Assembly: GCA_039794845.1 (NCBI GenBank)
Contig: JAUQVK010000103.1
Coordinates: 14,884-78,883, forward strand
Source of the DNA: Thermostichus sp. DRC_bins_24
GTDB lineage: Bacteria; Cyanobacteriota; Cyanobacteriia; Thermostichales; Thermostichaceae
Reading direction: 5' to 3'
Length of the DNA: 64,000 nucleotides
Below the pieces are notes generated by a model. The model was given only the letters and a program-made list of their open reading frames with translations, made no database searches and was not told where the DNA came from. Of the stretch, positions 8,419-18,969 are shown in pieces. Made by a program: the position numbers and the translations under genes. Numbering within the stretch: position 1 is the first letter of the stretch; the number at the start of each line of letters is the position of its first letter.

Positions 8419-10944
8419 ATGAGTGCTTCTGTAGAAACCGCCCCTTCTTCAACGGTCTCTGCCCAGCCGTGCAGACTTCCTCTCCTTCTCGCCCCAGCCG
8501 GAGATTGGGATTGTGCCAAGGCTGCCGTTGAGAATGGGGCCGATGCCATTTACTTCGGGTTGGAACGGTTCAACGCACGCATGCGGGCCCGCAACTTTAC
8601 GGAAGCGGATTTGCCGGAATTGATGGCCTGGCTGCACCGGCGAGGGGTGCGCGGCTACGTTACCTTCAACACGTTGGTCTTTCCTTCTGAGCTAACCGAA
8701 GCAGAAGGCTATATCCGTTCGATTGTGGCAGCGGGGGTGGATGCAGCGATTGTGCAGGATATCGGCATGGTGCGCCTGATTCGTCATCTGTCGTCGGATT
8801 TTCCCGTTCATGCTTCTACCCAAATGACGGTTACCAGTGGGGTGGGGGCGGAGTTTGCCCAGCGGTTGGGCTGTGAGCTGGTGGTTTTGGCCCGCGAATG
8901 TTCCCTAAAGGAAATCGATAAAATCCGCACTCACCTGGTTCAGAAGGGATCCACTCTATCTTTGGAAGTCTTTGTGCACGGGGCTTTGTGCGTGGCTTAT
9001 TCCGGGCAATGTCTGACCAGCGAATCGTTGGGGGGCCGCTCCGCCAATCGGGGGGAATGTGCCCAGGCTTGCCGTATGCCCTACGATCTGGTGGTAGACG
9101 GGATCCGCCGCGACTTGGGGGAAAAACGCTATCTGCTCAGCCCACAGGATTTGGCGGGGCTTGAGGTGTTGCCGGAGTTGGTCAAGGCCGGGATCCACTG
9201 CCTGAAGATCGAGGGGCGGCTTAAATCGGCGGAGTATGTAGCCAATGTAACGCGGGTGTATCGGCAGGCGTTGGATGCCCTGGGCTCACAGCGACCGCAG
9301 CAGCTTTCTCGTCAGGATCGCTACGAACTGGAAATGAGCTTTTCCCGCGGTTTGTATACGGGTTGGTTTCGGGGCATCAACAATCAGGAGCTGGTGCACG
9401 CCCGCTTCGGGAAAAAACGGGGGGTTTATCTGGGCCAAGTTCTCCGGATCCTTTCCGATCAAGTGGAGATTCGTCTGGAGGCCCCCCTCAAGGCGGGGGA
9501 TGGCGTGGTGTTCGACCAAGGTCAGCCCCACTTACCCGAACAGGGAGGGCGAGTGTATCGCGTTGAACTGAAGTCAGGCCGGGCCCTGCTCAGCTTTGGG
9601 CAAGGGGATATCGACCTGAACAGCCTCCGCGTCGGGGATCACCTCTGGAAAACCAGCGATCCAGAACTGGAAAAACGCCTCCGCCAAAGTTATGCCGGGG
9701 AGCACCCCCATTTTCAGCGGCCCATTCATATGCAAGTTCATGGCCAAGCGGGATCCCCTCTCACCTTGATTCTGCGGGATGAACAGGGCCATACCGTACG
9801 GGTGGATTCCCCGATGCCGTTGGTGCCCGCCCACCACAAACCCCTCACCACCGAAAAACTACAGGAGCAATTGGGCCGCCTCGGATCCACCCCTTTCAAA
9901 CTGGGATCCCTGGAGAATTACCTCGAGGGAGCGGTGATGTTGCCCGTGAGTGCCCTCAACCAAATGCGGCGGGAAGCCGTAGAACACTTGCAAGCTTTGC
10001 GGGCTCAACCCCTGCGTTGGCAACTTCAGCCTGAGGCCCATTGGCAAGACCTGATACCCGCCAAGATAGATTCCACAAATTCCGTAGAAAGTTCAGGAAC
10101 CGGATCCCCACATTTGTCGGTTTTGGTGCGGGATCCGGCTCAACTGCAAGCGGCGATAGAAAGCGAAATCCAGCAGATTTACCTCGAGTTTGAGGATCCC
10201 CGCCGGTATCGAGAGGTGGTTGCGCAAGTCAAGGGCCAATATTCACAGGTGGAAATTTGGGTGGCCCCACCCCGGATCACCAAACCGGGAGAAACCTGGA
10301 TTTTGAAACAGGTGCTGGCGGCGGCGGCGGATGGCTATTTGGTGAGAAACTATGATCATCTGCAGTTTTTTGCCGGGGAGCGGTGCATCGGAGATTTTTC
10401 CTTGAATGTGGCCAATCCGATTACGGCTCACTATCTAAAAACTCAGTACAAATTAGAACGCTTGACCGCTTCTTACGACCTTAATCACGACCAGCTGGGA
10501 TCCCTGTTGCAAGCTGGCCCCGCCCATTGGTACGAGGTAACGATCCATCAGCACATGCCCATGTTTCATATGGAGCACTGTGTGTTCTGCGCCTTTTTAT
10601 CCAGTGGAACCGATTACACCAATTGTGGCCGCCCTTGTGAAAAGCATGAGGTGAAACTACGCGACCGGGCCAATAGCGAACATGTTTTGAAGGCGGATGC
10701 AGGCTGTCGCAACACCCTCTACAATGGCAAAGCTCAAACGGGAGCAGAATATGTACACAAGTTGCTGGATCTGGGCTTACGCTATTTGCGGCTGGAGTTT
10801 TTGAATGAATCGCCTGCACAAGTGAAACAAACCCTGCACAGTTATCAGCAGCTTTTACAAGGCAAGATAAGCGGATCCCGGTTGTGGCGAGAGCTGAAGC
10901 TACACAGTCAACTTGGGGTCACTCGCGGGACTTTGGAGGGATAG
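8419..10944 (+). CDS. U32 family protein with DUF3656 (RlhA-like rRNA hydroxylation protein)
   Basis: LLAPAG, GADAIYFG..FNAR, HASTQM, CVAYSGQC...NRGECAQAC Fe-S cysteines, LKIEGR. Confidence 0.85.
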   Translation: MSASVETAPSSTVSAQPCRLPLLLAPAGDWDCAKAAVENGADAIYFGLERFNARMRARNFTEADLPELMAWLHRRGVRGYVTFNTLVFPSELTEAEGYIRSIVAAGVDAAIVQDIGMVRLIRHLSSDFPVHASTQMTVTSGVGAEFAQRLGCELVVLARECSLKEIDKIRTHLVQKGSTLSLEVFVHGALCVAYSGQCLTSESLGGRSANRGECAQACRMPYDLVVDGIRRDLGEKRYLLSPQDLAGLEVLPELVKAGIHCLKIEGRLKSAEYVANVTRVYRQALDALGSQRPQQLSRQDRYELEMSFSRGLYTGWFRGINNQELVHARFGKKRGVYLGQVLRILSDQVEIRLEAPLKAGDGVVFDQGQPHLPEQGGRVYRVELKSGRALLSFGQGDIDLNSLRVGDHLWKTSDPELEKRLRQSYAGEHPHFQRPIHMQVHGQAGSPLTLILRDEQGHTVRVDSPMPLVPAHHKPLTTEKLQEQLGRLGSTPFKLGSLENYLEGAVMLPVSALNQMRREAVEHLQALRAQPLRWQLQPEAHWQDLIPAKIDSTNSVESSGTGSPHLSVLVRDPAQLQAAIESEIQQIYLEFEDPRRYREVVAQVKGQYSQVEIWVAPPRITKPGETWILKQVLAAAADGYLVRNYDHLQFFAGERCIGDFSLNVANPITAHYLKTQYKLERLTASYDLNHDQLGSLLQAGPAHWYEVTIHQHMPMFHMEHCVFCAFLSSGTDYTNCGRPCEKHEVKLRDRANSEHVLKADAGCRNTLYNGKAQTGAEYVHKLLDLGLRYLRLEFLNESPAQVKQTLHSYQQLLQGKISGSRLWRELKLHSQLGVTRGTLEG

Positions 10945-11099
10945 AGAGCAAGAGCAGGGTACTGAGCTCGACAACTACCCCCTAGAGACCGGCTTTGTGC
11001 GAACGAACATGCAGATAGATCCTCAAAGCCACAATCCATCAGCAAAAAACCTCCCGAATGACTTCTGGTAAAGGCTTTGGCTTGTTTGTAGCCCTCAGG

Positions 11100-11703
11100 C
11101 GGAACATACGACTCGGTGCTTGTGGCATTTGTCTTGGCGCCAGTTATGTGCTCAAATTTGCTGCGTTTGATCCTCGGGTCAAGGCCATTGCCCTGATTGC
11201 AGGTGCTTACAATTCCCCACATACTATGCGCCGCCTCATGGGATCCGAGCGCTATCGGGAGCGTCTGGCGTACTTTGCCCACATGCGTGAACATGCGTGA
11301 ACAGTATTGGCAGACGGGTGAACTGCCTTACCTTCCTGCGGTTTCTGAGAGCGGATCTGCAGCCATGCCAGGGGCAGAGCCCTACGAATACTACGGTACT
11401 GCTCGCTCCGCCAGTCCCCACTGGGTGAATCAAGTCACAGCCCTTTCCACCTATGAATTGATCACATTGGAGGCAGCAGCGGCTGCCGATTTTATCTCCC
11501 CAACGCCAATGCTAATGGTGCATGGACAGGTGGATGCCTATTGCTCCCCCGAGAGTGCCCAAGCCACTTACGAACGGGCTGGGGATCCGAAAAAATGGGT
11601 TTGGCTACCCACCCACAATCACATCGATCTTTACGATGTTGAAGACTACGTTGGCCCTGCCGTAGCAGAAACTGCCCATTGGTTTCAGACTTATCTGGGG
11701 TAA
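11100..11703 (+). pseudogene. Alpha/beta hydrolase pseudogene (N-truncated, frameshifted)
   Basis: GICLG nucleophile elbow in ORF 11058-11300; HG.VD and HNHIDLYD in ORF 11197-11703; joined if one copy of ACATGCGTGA (11281-11300) is removed. Confidence 0.75.
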
Positions 11704-11715
11704 AGAACTTATCGC

Positions 11716-12540
11716 TCAGGGTAACCAAGGAAATTGGCGAAAATCGGGGGGGCGCTTTTCCAAAAAGGCTCGTTTGCCCTCGGCGGCTTCTTCGGTCATG
11801 TAAAACAACAGCGTCGCATCGCCTGCCAGTTCCTGTAGCCCCGCCTGCCCATCACAATCGGCGTTGAATGCAGCCTTGAGGCAGCGAATCGCCAGCGGAC
11901 TTTTTTGCAGAATTTCCTGGGCCCAGCGGATCCCTTCTGCTTCTAGATCTTCGACGGGCACTACCGCATTCACCAAGCCCATGTCTAAGGCTTGTGCCGC
12001 TGTGTATTGACGACAGAGAAACCAAATTTCCCGTGCTTTTTTTTGACCCACCACCCGCGCCAAGTAGCTCGCCCCAAAGCCCCCATCAAAGCTGCCCACC
12101 TTTGGGCCGGTCTGACCGAAAATGGCGTTGTCTGCGGCAATGGTGAGATCACAAATTAAATGCAAAACATGGCCGCCCCCAATGGCATAGCCCGCCACCA
12201 AGGCAATCACCACCTTGGGCAAGGAGCGGATCAGCCGTTGCAAATCCAACACATTCAAGCGCGGGATCCCGGCCTCATCCAAATAGCCCGCCTCACCGCG
12301 CACGCTCTGATCCCCGCCAGCACAAAAGGCATATTTGCCATCGCTGTGGGGGCCAGCCCCGGTGAACAGCACCACCCCAATTCGGGGATCCTCCCGCACA
12401 TTGGTGAAGGCATCGATCAACTCCTGAATGGTTTTTGGGCGAAAGGCATTGCGCTTGTGGGGGCGGTTGATGGTGATTTTGGCGATGCCATCGCTTTTTT
12501 CGTAGCGGATATCTTCGTAGGTTTTGGCGCTGTGCCACAT
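11716..12540 (-). CDS. menB: 1,4-dihydroxy-2-naphthoyl-CoA synthase
   Basis: [36 protein letters not shown]. Confidence 0.97.
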   Translation of the reverse strand: MWHSAKTYEDIRYEKSDGIAKITINRPHKRNAFRPKTIQELIDAFTNVREDPRIGVVLFTGAGPHSDGKYAFCAGGDQSVRGEAGYLDEAGIPRLNVLDLQRLIRSLPKVVIALVAGYAIGGGHVLHLICDLTIAADNAIFGQTGPKVGSFDGGFGASYLARVVGQKKAREIWFLCRQYTAAQALDMGLVNAVVPVEDLEAEGIRWAQEILQKSPLAIRCLKAAFNADCDGQAGLQELAGDATLLFYMTEEAAEGKRAFLEKRPPDFRQFPWLP

Positions 12541-12567
12541 GGCCGGGGATCCTCTGACGGATCCGTA

Positions 12568-14085
12568 TTATCCAACGGTTCCGGCGGTCTGGATCATGGC
12601 TGCTACCAACCCCTCCAGGGTATATTCCGCCGCTTCGATATCCACCCGACCCAGCTCCGCTCGACAGGTTTCTGCGGTCTTTGGGCCAATGGCGGCAATT
12701 TGCACCGGCGGCTCCCAAACCTTCGCATCCAGCCCTGCTTGCCGGATCAACTGGGCGAAATGGTGCACCGTTTTGGAGCTGGCAAAGCTGAGAATATCCA
12801 CCTGCCCCGCTTCTAGGGCAGCGATCACCTGGGGATCCGGCTGTTTCGGACAAGCGGATTGATAGGCGGCTACCTCCAGGACCTGCGCCCCCCGCTGTCG
12901 CAACCCCTGCACCAACACCTCTCGCCCACCCGACTCGACCCGTGGAAACAGCACCCGTTGCCCCGCCACGGGTTCTGGCCAAACCTCCAACAGGGCATCG
13001 GCAACAAACTCCTGGGGCACCAGATCCGGATCAATGCCGTACTGAGCCAGCACCGCCGCCGTTTTGGATCCCACCACCGCCACCTTGAGCCGATGGAGCG
13101 CCCGGCTGTCTTGCCCCTGATGGCGCAGCCGCTCAAAAAAATAGGTGACGGCATTGGCAGAGGTGAGCAGCAACCAGTCGAATTGCGCTAGCTGTTGCAG
13201 GGCTTGATCGAGGGGATCCCAGCTTTCCGGGGGTTGAATCACCAGCGTGGGCATTTCCAGCACCCGCGCTCCTTGGGCCTGGAGCAGTTCCCGAAAGGCT
13301 TCCGATTGCCCCTCCGAGCGCGTGACCAAAATCGTTTTTCCCCCCAAGGGGGCTGGTTCTGGCAAGGCAGGGATCCCGGGCAAAAATGCCGGTCGCAGGT
13401 TCACCACCTCCCCAACCACCAGCACTCCTGGCCCAGGAGCAGCCGGTTCGCAGGATCCGCTTTTTGCTGTGGCCAGCTCTGCCAGGCAACCCACCCACAC
13501 CCTTTGCTCCACCTGGCCCGCTGACCGAATCAGCGCCACAGGCCGTTCCGCAGGGCAACCCGCCTCCATGAGCTGGGTCGCAATCTGGTCTCGCCGCCGG
13601 GATCCCATCAGGATCACCAGCGTATCCAGTTGTGCCAATGCCGACCAGGGCAACGTTTCCAGCTCGTGGGCCGTCAGCACCGCAAAAACTCGACTGAGAT
13701 GTTTATCGGTCAGCGGGATCCCCGCCCACAGGGGGCCAGCCAAGGCAGAAGACAACCCCGGCAGGATCTCCAACGGGCACCCGGCTTCGGTGAGGCTCTC
13801 GACTTCCTCTCGGGTACGACCAAAAATCAACGGATCCCCAGATTTGAGGTGAACCACCTGTTTGCCCTCTTGGCAGCGTTGGATCAGCCACCGGATCCCT
13901 ACGGATAAAGAGCCTGCCCCAGATCGTCGCCAAACCTGAGCCTGCCCCGGCAACTCCGCCAGCAATCGCTCATCCACCAGCTCATCGATCCAAACAGCAT
14001 CGGCCTGCCGCAATACCTGCAGCGCCCTAGCCGTTAGGCCGTCGCGTCCCCCCAAACCCGCCCCCACCAGATACACCTTGCCCAT
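12568..14085 (-). CDS. cobA: Uroporphyrinogen-III C-methyltransferase / uroporphyrinogen-III synthase fusion (CobA-HemD)
   Basis: KVYLVGAG, LKSGDPLIFGR, GIPLT then GKTILVTR, LTSANAV, FASSKTV, IAAIGPKTA. Confidence 0.9.
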   Translation of the reverse strand: MGKVYLVGAGLGGRDGLTARALQVLRQADAVWIDELVDERLLAELPGQAQVWRRSGAGSLSVGIRWLIQRCQEGKQVVHLKSGDPLIFGRTREEVESLTEAGCPLEILPGLSSALAGPLWAGIPLTDKHLSRVFAVLTAHELETLPWSALAQLDTLVILMGSRRRDQIATQLMEAGCPAERPVALIRSAGQVEQRVWVGCLAELATAKSGSCEPAAPGPGVLVVGEVVNLRPAFLPGIPALPEPAPLGGKTILVTRSEGQSEAFRELLQAQGARVLEMPTLVIQPPESWDPLDQALQQLAQFDWLLLTSANAVTYFFERLRHQGQDSRALHRLKVAVVGSKTAAVLAQYGIDPDLVPQEFVADALLEVWPEPVAGQRVLFPRVESGGREVLVQGLRQRGAQVLEVAAYQSACPKQPDPQVIAALEAGQVDILSFASSKTVHHFAQLIRQAGLDAKVWEPPVQIAAIGPKTAETCRAELGRVDIEAAEYTLEGLVAAMIQTAGTVG

Positions 14086-14216
14086 GCCGGATCCCCTGTG
14101 CTGTTTTTGATCCTGCCCCAAATGGGGGATCCCGAGGGAGTCTTGACACCCCAGCGGCCACCGGCAACAGCATTTCAGATTAGGCTGAAGACATGTAAAG
14201 TAAGTTCTCAGGTTGT

Positions 14217-15788
14217 ATGACCTCGAACCTGAAGATTCAAAAAATTCTCTACGTGCGGCTACCCTGCAACCCGATCTTCCCGATTGGGGTGGTCTATCTG
14301 GCGGATCACGTTCACAAGCTGTTTCCCAATGTGGAGCAGCGCATCTTCGACATGGGTACTTTCCCGCCCCTGGATTATCGGCGCCGCATGCTGGAGCAGA
14401 TCGACCAGTTTCGGCCAGATTTGCTGGTGTTTTCCTGGCGAGATATTCAGGTGTATGCGCCGGTAAATGGGCGGGCGGGCAACCTTCTGCAACACTCCTT
14501 CGAGTTTCTCTACTCCCCCAACCTTCTGAAAAAAATCCGGGGCTCCCTGAATAGCCTCAAGTTGGTACTGGCTTACTACGGCGAGATCTGGCGGAATACG
14601 CGGCTGGTGTGGCAAGGGATCCGCCGGGCCAGGCGCTACAAACCGCAGGCAGAAGTGGTCCTGGGGGGCGGGGCGGTCAGCGTTTTTTACGAACAACTGG
14701 GCCGTTTTCTGCCCCAGGGTACGATCATCTCCGTCGGGGAGGGGGAAACGCTGCTGGAAAAAGTGATCCAGGGGCAAAGCCTTGCTGCTGAGCGCTGCTA
14801 TCGGGCCAGACTCGAACAACCTCGCCGGGGCATGGTACACGAACCGCCGCAACCCCTACAAAAAACCGCCTGTGACTACACCTACATCGAAGGGATTTGG
14901 CCGGAAATGGACTACTACCTAGAAGGGGGAGATTTTTACATTGGGGTGCAAACCAAGCGCGGCTGTCCCCACAATTGCTGCTACTGCATCTACACGGTCA
15001 TCGAAGGCAAACAGGTGCGCATTAACCCCGCCGATGAAGTGATTCGAGAGATGCTGCAGCTGTATGAACGAGGGGTGCGGAATTTCTGGTTTACCGATGC
15101 GCAGTTTATCCCCGCCCGTCGCTACATCGAAGATGCGGTGGAATTGCTCCAGAAAATCCTTGCAGCCGGCATGACCGATATTCGCTGGGCCGCCTACATT
15201 CGTGCCGACAACCTCACCCCCGAGCTGGCGGACCTGATGGTGAAAACCGGCATGAGCTACTTCGAGATTGGCATCACCAGTGGATCCCAGGAACTCGTGC
15301 GCAAAATGCGCATGGGCTATAACCTGCGTACAGTCTTGGACAGTTGCCGCTACCTCAAACAGGCGGGATTTCACGAGCTGGTGTCGGTCAACTACTCGTT
15401 TAATGTTATCGACGAGCGGCCCGAAACCATCCGCCAAACCTTACGGTATCACCGTGAGTTAGAAGCCATTTTTGGCCGTGACAAAGTAGAGCCAGCCATT
15501 TTCTTTATCGGCCTACAACCTCACACTCACCTAGAAGAGTATGCTCGCAAAACAGGGGTGATCGACGATCACTTCAACCCCATGCACATGACCCCCTGGA
15601 CGGCCCGCAAATTGCTCTGGAACCCGGAACCGATGGGATCCTTCTTTGGAGAGGTGTGTCTAGAAGCCTGGGATCGCAACCCCTATGACTTTGGCCGCGA
15701 GGTGATGGATATTTTGGAGCGTCGTCTGGGTCTGGCGGAGTTGGAGGAGGCCCTAAGTGCGCCTTTGGCAGGGGTTTATGTGTCCTGA
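14217..15788 (+). CDS. B12-binding radical SAM protein (photosystem II high-light acclimation type)
   Basis: RGCPHNCCYC CxxxCxxC motif; N-terminal LPCNPIFPIGVVYLAD typical of the cyanobacterial family. Confidence 0.85.
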   Translation: MTSNLKIQKILYVRLPCNPIFPIGVVYLADHVHKLFPNVEQRIFDMGTFPPLDYRRRMLEQIDQFRPDLLVFSWRDIQVYAPVNGRAGNLLQHSFEFLYSPNLLKKIRGSLNSLKLVLAYYGEIWRNTRLVWQGIRRARRYKPQAEVVLGGGAVSVFYEQLGRFLPQGTIISVGEGETLLEKVIQGQSLAAERCYRARLEQPRRGMVHEPPQPLQKTACDYTYIEGIWPEMDYYLEGGDFYIGVQTKRGCPHNCCYCIYTVIEGKQVRINPADEVIREMLQLYERGVRNFWFTDAQFIPARRYIEDAVELLQKILAAGMTDIRWAAYIRADNLTPELADLMVKTGMSYFEIGITSGSQELVRKMRMGYNLRTVLDSCRYLKQAGFHELVSVNYSFNVIDERPETIRQTLRYHRELEAIFGRDKVEPAIFFIGLQPHTHLEEYARKTGVIDDHFNPMHMTPWTARKLLWNPEPMGSFFGEVCLEAWDRNPYDFGREVMDILERRLGLAELEEALSAPLAGVYVS

Positions 15789-15919
15789 CCTCCCCCCAGA
15801 AGCCTTCCGGAAATGGCCGGGATATGCTGGTCGGAAGCGGGAGGGGAGGGATCGCTGTGGGGATGACAGTGCCAGCGGCTGCCCACCGCACTGTTCTGCT
15901 ACCGACGGAGCCGGATCCC

Positions 15920-16774
15920 ATGTCTATTCCGCCTACTCCCTTTACCTATTATCAGCAGTTGGGCATTTCCCCCCAAGCCAGCCTGGACGAGATCAAAACC
16001 GCCTACCGCAACCGGGCCCGCCAAGTTCACCCCGACAGCCTGCCCGCCGATACCCCAGAAGTGCTGCGGCAGCTGGCCCAGCGGGAGTTTCTGCAGTTAC
16101 AGCGGGCCTACCGAGTTCTGAGCGATAGTCAACAGCGTCAGGCCTACGACCTTAGCCTCAAACCCTTGCCCTCCCGTCCGCCGGTGCAGGTGGTGCCCGT
16201 GCCGGAGCCTCCTCCTACCCCCAGTTGGCCGACCGTGTTGAGTGCTGGATTGGCGGGGGCCGCTCTCTGTCTAATGGGTCTGGCCCTTTGGAACGGATTG
16301 AGCCCAGTCCGAGGCTTGGATATGGCCAGTAAAACCGCTGTCGTCAATGCCCTGGACTCTCCTTCTAACCCAGAACCGGCTCTGGCGGCATCCTCCCCGG
16401 CGATGGCCAGGGTCGGCAGCTCTCAAGTGGATGGGGCTTTTCCGTCAAACCAAGCGGAATCCGTAACCTTGGCCCAAGTTCCCCTCCCTGAGCCGGAGGC
16501 TCCTTTCCAACCCTCTCCGGAGCAGATCAACCGCTTCGCCCGTGCCCTCCTGGAGGTACAACCCCTCCTGGAAGCCACCCAAAATCGCCTTGAACAGACC
16601 AATAGCAGCGAGGAACGGCAGCAAATTGAGCAACAGTTTGAGACGGCTGCCAGCAAGGTGATCGCCGCCCATCAACTGACTCCGGAGGAGTATCACCGCA
16701 TCTTCGCCAGCACCCAGTCGGATCCGCAGGTGGCGGCTTCGGTAACCGCAGCCGTGCGCCGTTGGATGCCCTGA
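15920..16774 (+). CDS. J-domain protein with TM helix and C-terminal DUF4168-like domain
   Basis: YYQQLGI...EIKTAYR...HPD...AYRVLSD; TM helix; C-terminal INRFARALLEVQPL...LTPEEY. Confidence 0.8.
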   Translation: MSIPPTPFTYYQQLGISPQASLDEIKTAYRNRARQVHPDSLPADTPEVLRQLAQREFLQLQRAYRVLSDSQQRQAYDLSLKPLPSRPPVQVVPVPEPPPTPSWPTVLSAGLAGAALCLMGLALWNGLSPVRGLDMASKTAVVNALDSPSNPEPALAASSPAMARVGSSQVDGAFPSNQAESVTLAQVPLPEPEAPFQPSPEQINRFARALLEVQPLLEATQNRLEQTNSSEERQQIEQQFETAASKVIAAHQLTPEEYHRIFASTQSDPQVAASVTAAVRRWMP

Positions 16775-17451
16775 GCCCCAAGCCGTGGGGAAAACACCTC
16801 GTAAATGACGGTCAAGGGCTCCCCCTTGTGCAGCAAAAGGTAATGCCTGGCCCAGAAGGGGCCCCTATGGCCCAGCAGATGGGCAATAGGTTCCGCTTGG
16901 CCGCAGTAAAGGCTGCGCAACTCCCGAAAGGTTTCCAACCGTTCTTGAATCAAATTTTGGCCGATGGGCTTTGCCGGATCCGGCAGATGCTCCAGCAGAT
17001 GCTCGGAATTCCACCAGGAGGTGGCGTAGAGCAAGGGCTGTTGAGAGACCGCCCCACTGAGCCAAACCCGTCGCCGCATCAAGGGAGATCCCAGCTGTGC
17101 CAAATCCTCCGCCAGCTGTTGCATCGGTTGGGGGGTCGCGTTTTGTTCCGCCAACAGATCCACCGGCCCTGTGTCGAGCAGGTGGGCCTGAATCGGTTCC
17201 TGGGTGAGAGCAGCGAGGTTGCGGGTGGTGAAGCCATCCCCCAGAAGCAGCAGGCGCAACAGGGGGTCTACCTGTGCCAACCGGAGCTGCACCGGATCCG
17301 CCTCCCCCTGCCAGTGCAGTTGCAGCGGCCACCAATCGGCACCGCTCGAAGGCAAGCCTTCCCCAGAGGGGATCCCCGCAGCGGGGGCCGAGGCCCAAGC
17401 GGAGCCCGCTTCATCGGCAGAACAGGAAAATGGAGAGGGGAAGCTTTCCAA
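16693..17451 (-). CDS. Chorismate lyase (DUF98/UbiC-like)
   Basis: LLLGDGFTTRNL, RRVWL, YATSWW, PIGQNL, FWARHY, IYEVFSP; start uncertain. Confidence 0.8.
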   Translation of the reverse strand: MESFPSPFSCSADEAGSAWASAPAAGIPSGEGLPSSGADWWPLQLHWQGEADPVQLRLAQVDPLLRLLLLGDGFTTRNLAALTQEPIQAHLLDTGPVDLLAEQNATPQPMQQLAEDLAQLGSPLMRRRVWLSGAVSQQPLLYATSWWNSEHLLEHLPDPAKPIGQNLIQERLETFRELRSLYCGQAEPIAHLLGHRGPFWARHYLLLHKGEPLTVIYEVFSPRLGAQGIQRRTAAVTEAATCGSDWVLAKMR

Positions 17452-17541
17452 AATGGCGGCCCAGTTGTTAAGTTCTGTATCGCCCCTTCAGTTTAACCCA
17501 CCCCATTGTCTTTGCCGGTGTTTTTGGCGGAGGGATCCAAA

Positions 17542-18045
17542 TCAGCTTGTGCCTGGTTGTACCAGCAGTCGCACCACCCAGGGCACCACCACGATGACGC
17601 TGATCAGACGGGCCAAATGCATGACCACCACCGTACTGGTTTGAGCCCCCATGTCTAGGGCGATCAAGCTCATATCGGAAATGCCCCCGGGGGCGGTACC
17701 CAGAAGCGCCGTTAGGCGTTCGATCCCCAGCCAGCGGGAGATTAGGTATCCCGACAGAACCCCCGTGCCCACCGCAATCACCGTACAGAGCAGGGCCGGT
17801 CGCCACAGCTCCTTAAGGGCAAACAACGTGCCGGCAGTGAGCTTCGTGCCCAAAATCGTACCCAAAACCAATTGCATGGCGAAGCGGATCCCCGCCGGAG
17901 GGGTGGGAATCGGGATCATCCCCCAGACATTCACCAGGCCCACCGCCACCATGGAACCCACCAAGGCCCCTGCCGGAAGCTTCAGCTTCACCCCGATCAG
18001 GGCACCCGCCAACCCGATTAACAGTGTCCAAAGATAGCTCAACAT
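17542..18045 (-). CDS. AbrB-family membrane protein
   Basis: LPAGALVGSM, TALLGTAPGGISDMSLIA, VVVMHLARLISV. Confidence 0.8.
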   Translation of the reverse strand: MLSYLWTLLIGLAGALIGVKLKLPAGALVGSMVAVGLVNVWGMIPIPTPPAGIRFAMQLVLGTILGTKLTAGTLFALKELWRPALLCTVIAVGTGVLSGYLISRWLGIERLTALLGTAPGGISDMSLIALDMGAQTSTVVVMHLARLISVIVVVPWVVRLLVQPGTS

Positions 18046-18056
18046 GTTGACTTGGC

Positions 18057-18491
18057 CTATAAGAAGGGGGATCCCTGTGGACCAGTGCTTGGCTTACCCT
18101 CTCCACGGCATTGTGCACAGGTGCCGTAGAAGTCAAGCACATGGTACTCGATCACAAATTGGTATTGACCAGAAAGTTGTGCCTCTAACTCTCCTACGGG
18201 GCAACCCGGCAAAGGCACCACCTGTCGGCACTGGGTACAAATCAGATGGTGGCGGTTGTGGCCGTTGCTGGGTAAAACCTGATAGTAGGTCTGCTGATCC
18301 CCCAAATTGACCGACTGCAGCTTGCCCTCCTGGCGAAGGGCATCCAAAATTCGATAGACCGTGGCCAGCCCAACGGTGTGGTTGGCGTTGCGCAACTCCA
18401 GAAAGATCTCCTGGGCGGAGAGCGGCTGAGAACGATGCTCTAGCACGTCCAGGATCAATTTCTGATTACGGGTCTGGCGAGAGGAGGACAT
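18057..18491 (-). CDS. zur: Fur-family regulator, Zur/FurB type
   Basis: SAQEIF, GLATVYR, HHLICTQC, GCPV, YHVLDFYGTCAQC. Confidence 0.75.
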   Translation of the reverse strand: MSSSRQTRNQKLILDVLEHRSQPLSAQEIFLELRNANHTVGLATVYRILDALRQEGKLQSVNLGDQQTYYQVLPSNGHNRHHLICTQCRQVVPLPGCPVGELEAQLSGQYQFVIEYHVLDFYGTCAQCRGEGKPSTGPQGSPFL

Positions 18492-18515
18492 GTTCAACCC
18501 TTCCAATCCTTCGGG

Positions 18516-18839
18516 TTAGCGCTCAGATTCCGCCTCGGCCTTCATGCGCTCCAACGTCCGATTCATGTGGTCGAACATCTGGCTGGGAGAGATCCCAAAG
18601 CCACCCAGCTGGGTTTGCAGTTGTTTGATGGTCATTTGGGCCATAAAGTCGTCGGAGAGCTCCAGCCGTTTCATGAAAATGCGCTGGCGCTCCAGCAGTT
18701 CCTCCATCCGTTCAATGAAGATTTTCTTGCCTTCTCGGTCGAATCGGCCGTACTGCCCGCCAAGCTGCATCAGATCTTGAAAATCCTGAAACAGTCGCTT
18801 GGCTTCCTCCTGCACGATCTCAGAGTCGAAGAAGCTCAT
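18516..18839 (-). CDS. DUF1825 family protein
   Basis: FFDSEIVQEEAKRLF...YGRFDREGKKIFI...ELSDDFMAQMT, conserved cyanobacterial pattern. Confidence 0.8.
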   Translation of the reverse strand: MSFFDSEIVQEEAKRLFQDFQDLMQLGGQYGRFDREGKKIFIERMEELLERQRIFMKRLELSDDFMAQMTIKQLQTQLGGFGISPSQMFDHMNRTLERMKAEAESER

Positions 18840-18969
18840 GGCCTTCCGTCTGCCCTGGATAAACTGTATGTGGTGTTCCCATCCTAGCCGATCTCAGCCG
18901 TCTTCCCGCGAGTACGGGATCCCGCTCTGGCATAGATGGATTTCTGGCTTGTCCGGCACGGTGTTTGCC

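Noticed and set aside
11085..11102. TTTGTAGCCCTCAGGCGG resembling the MITE left end at the hydrolase truncation point
   Set aside because: 14/18 match only and no element interior follows; too weak to call.
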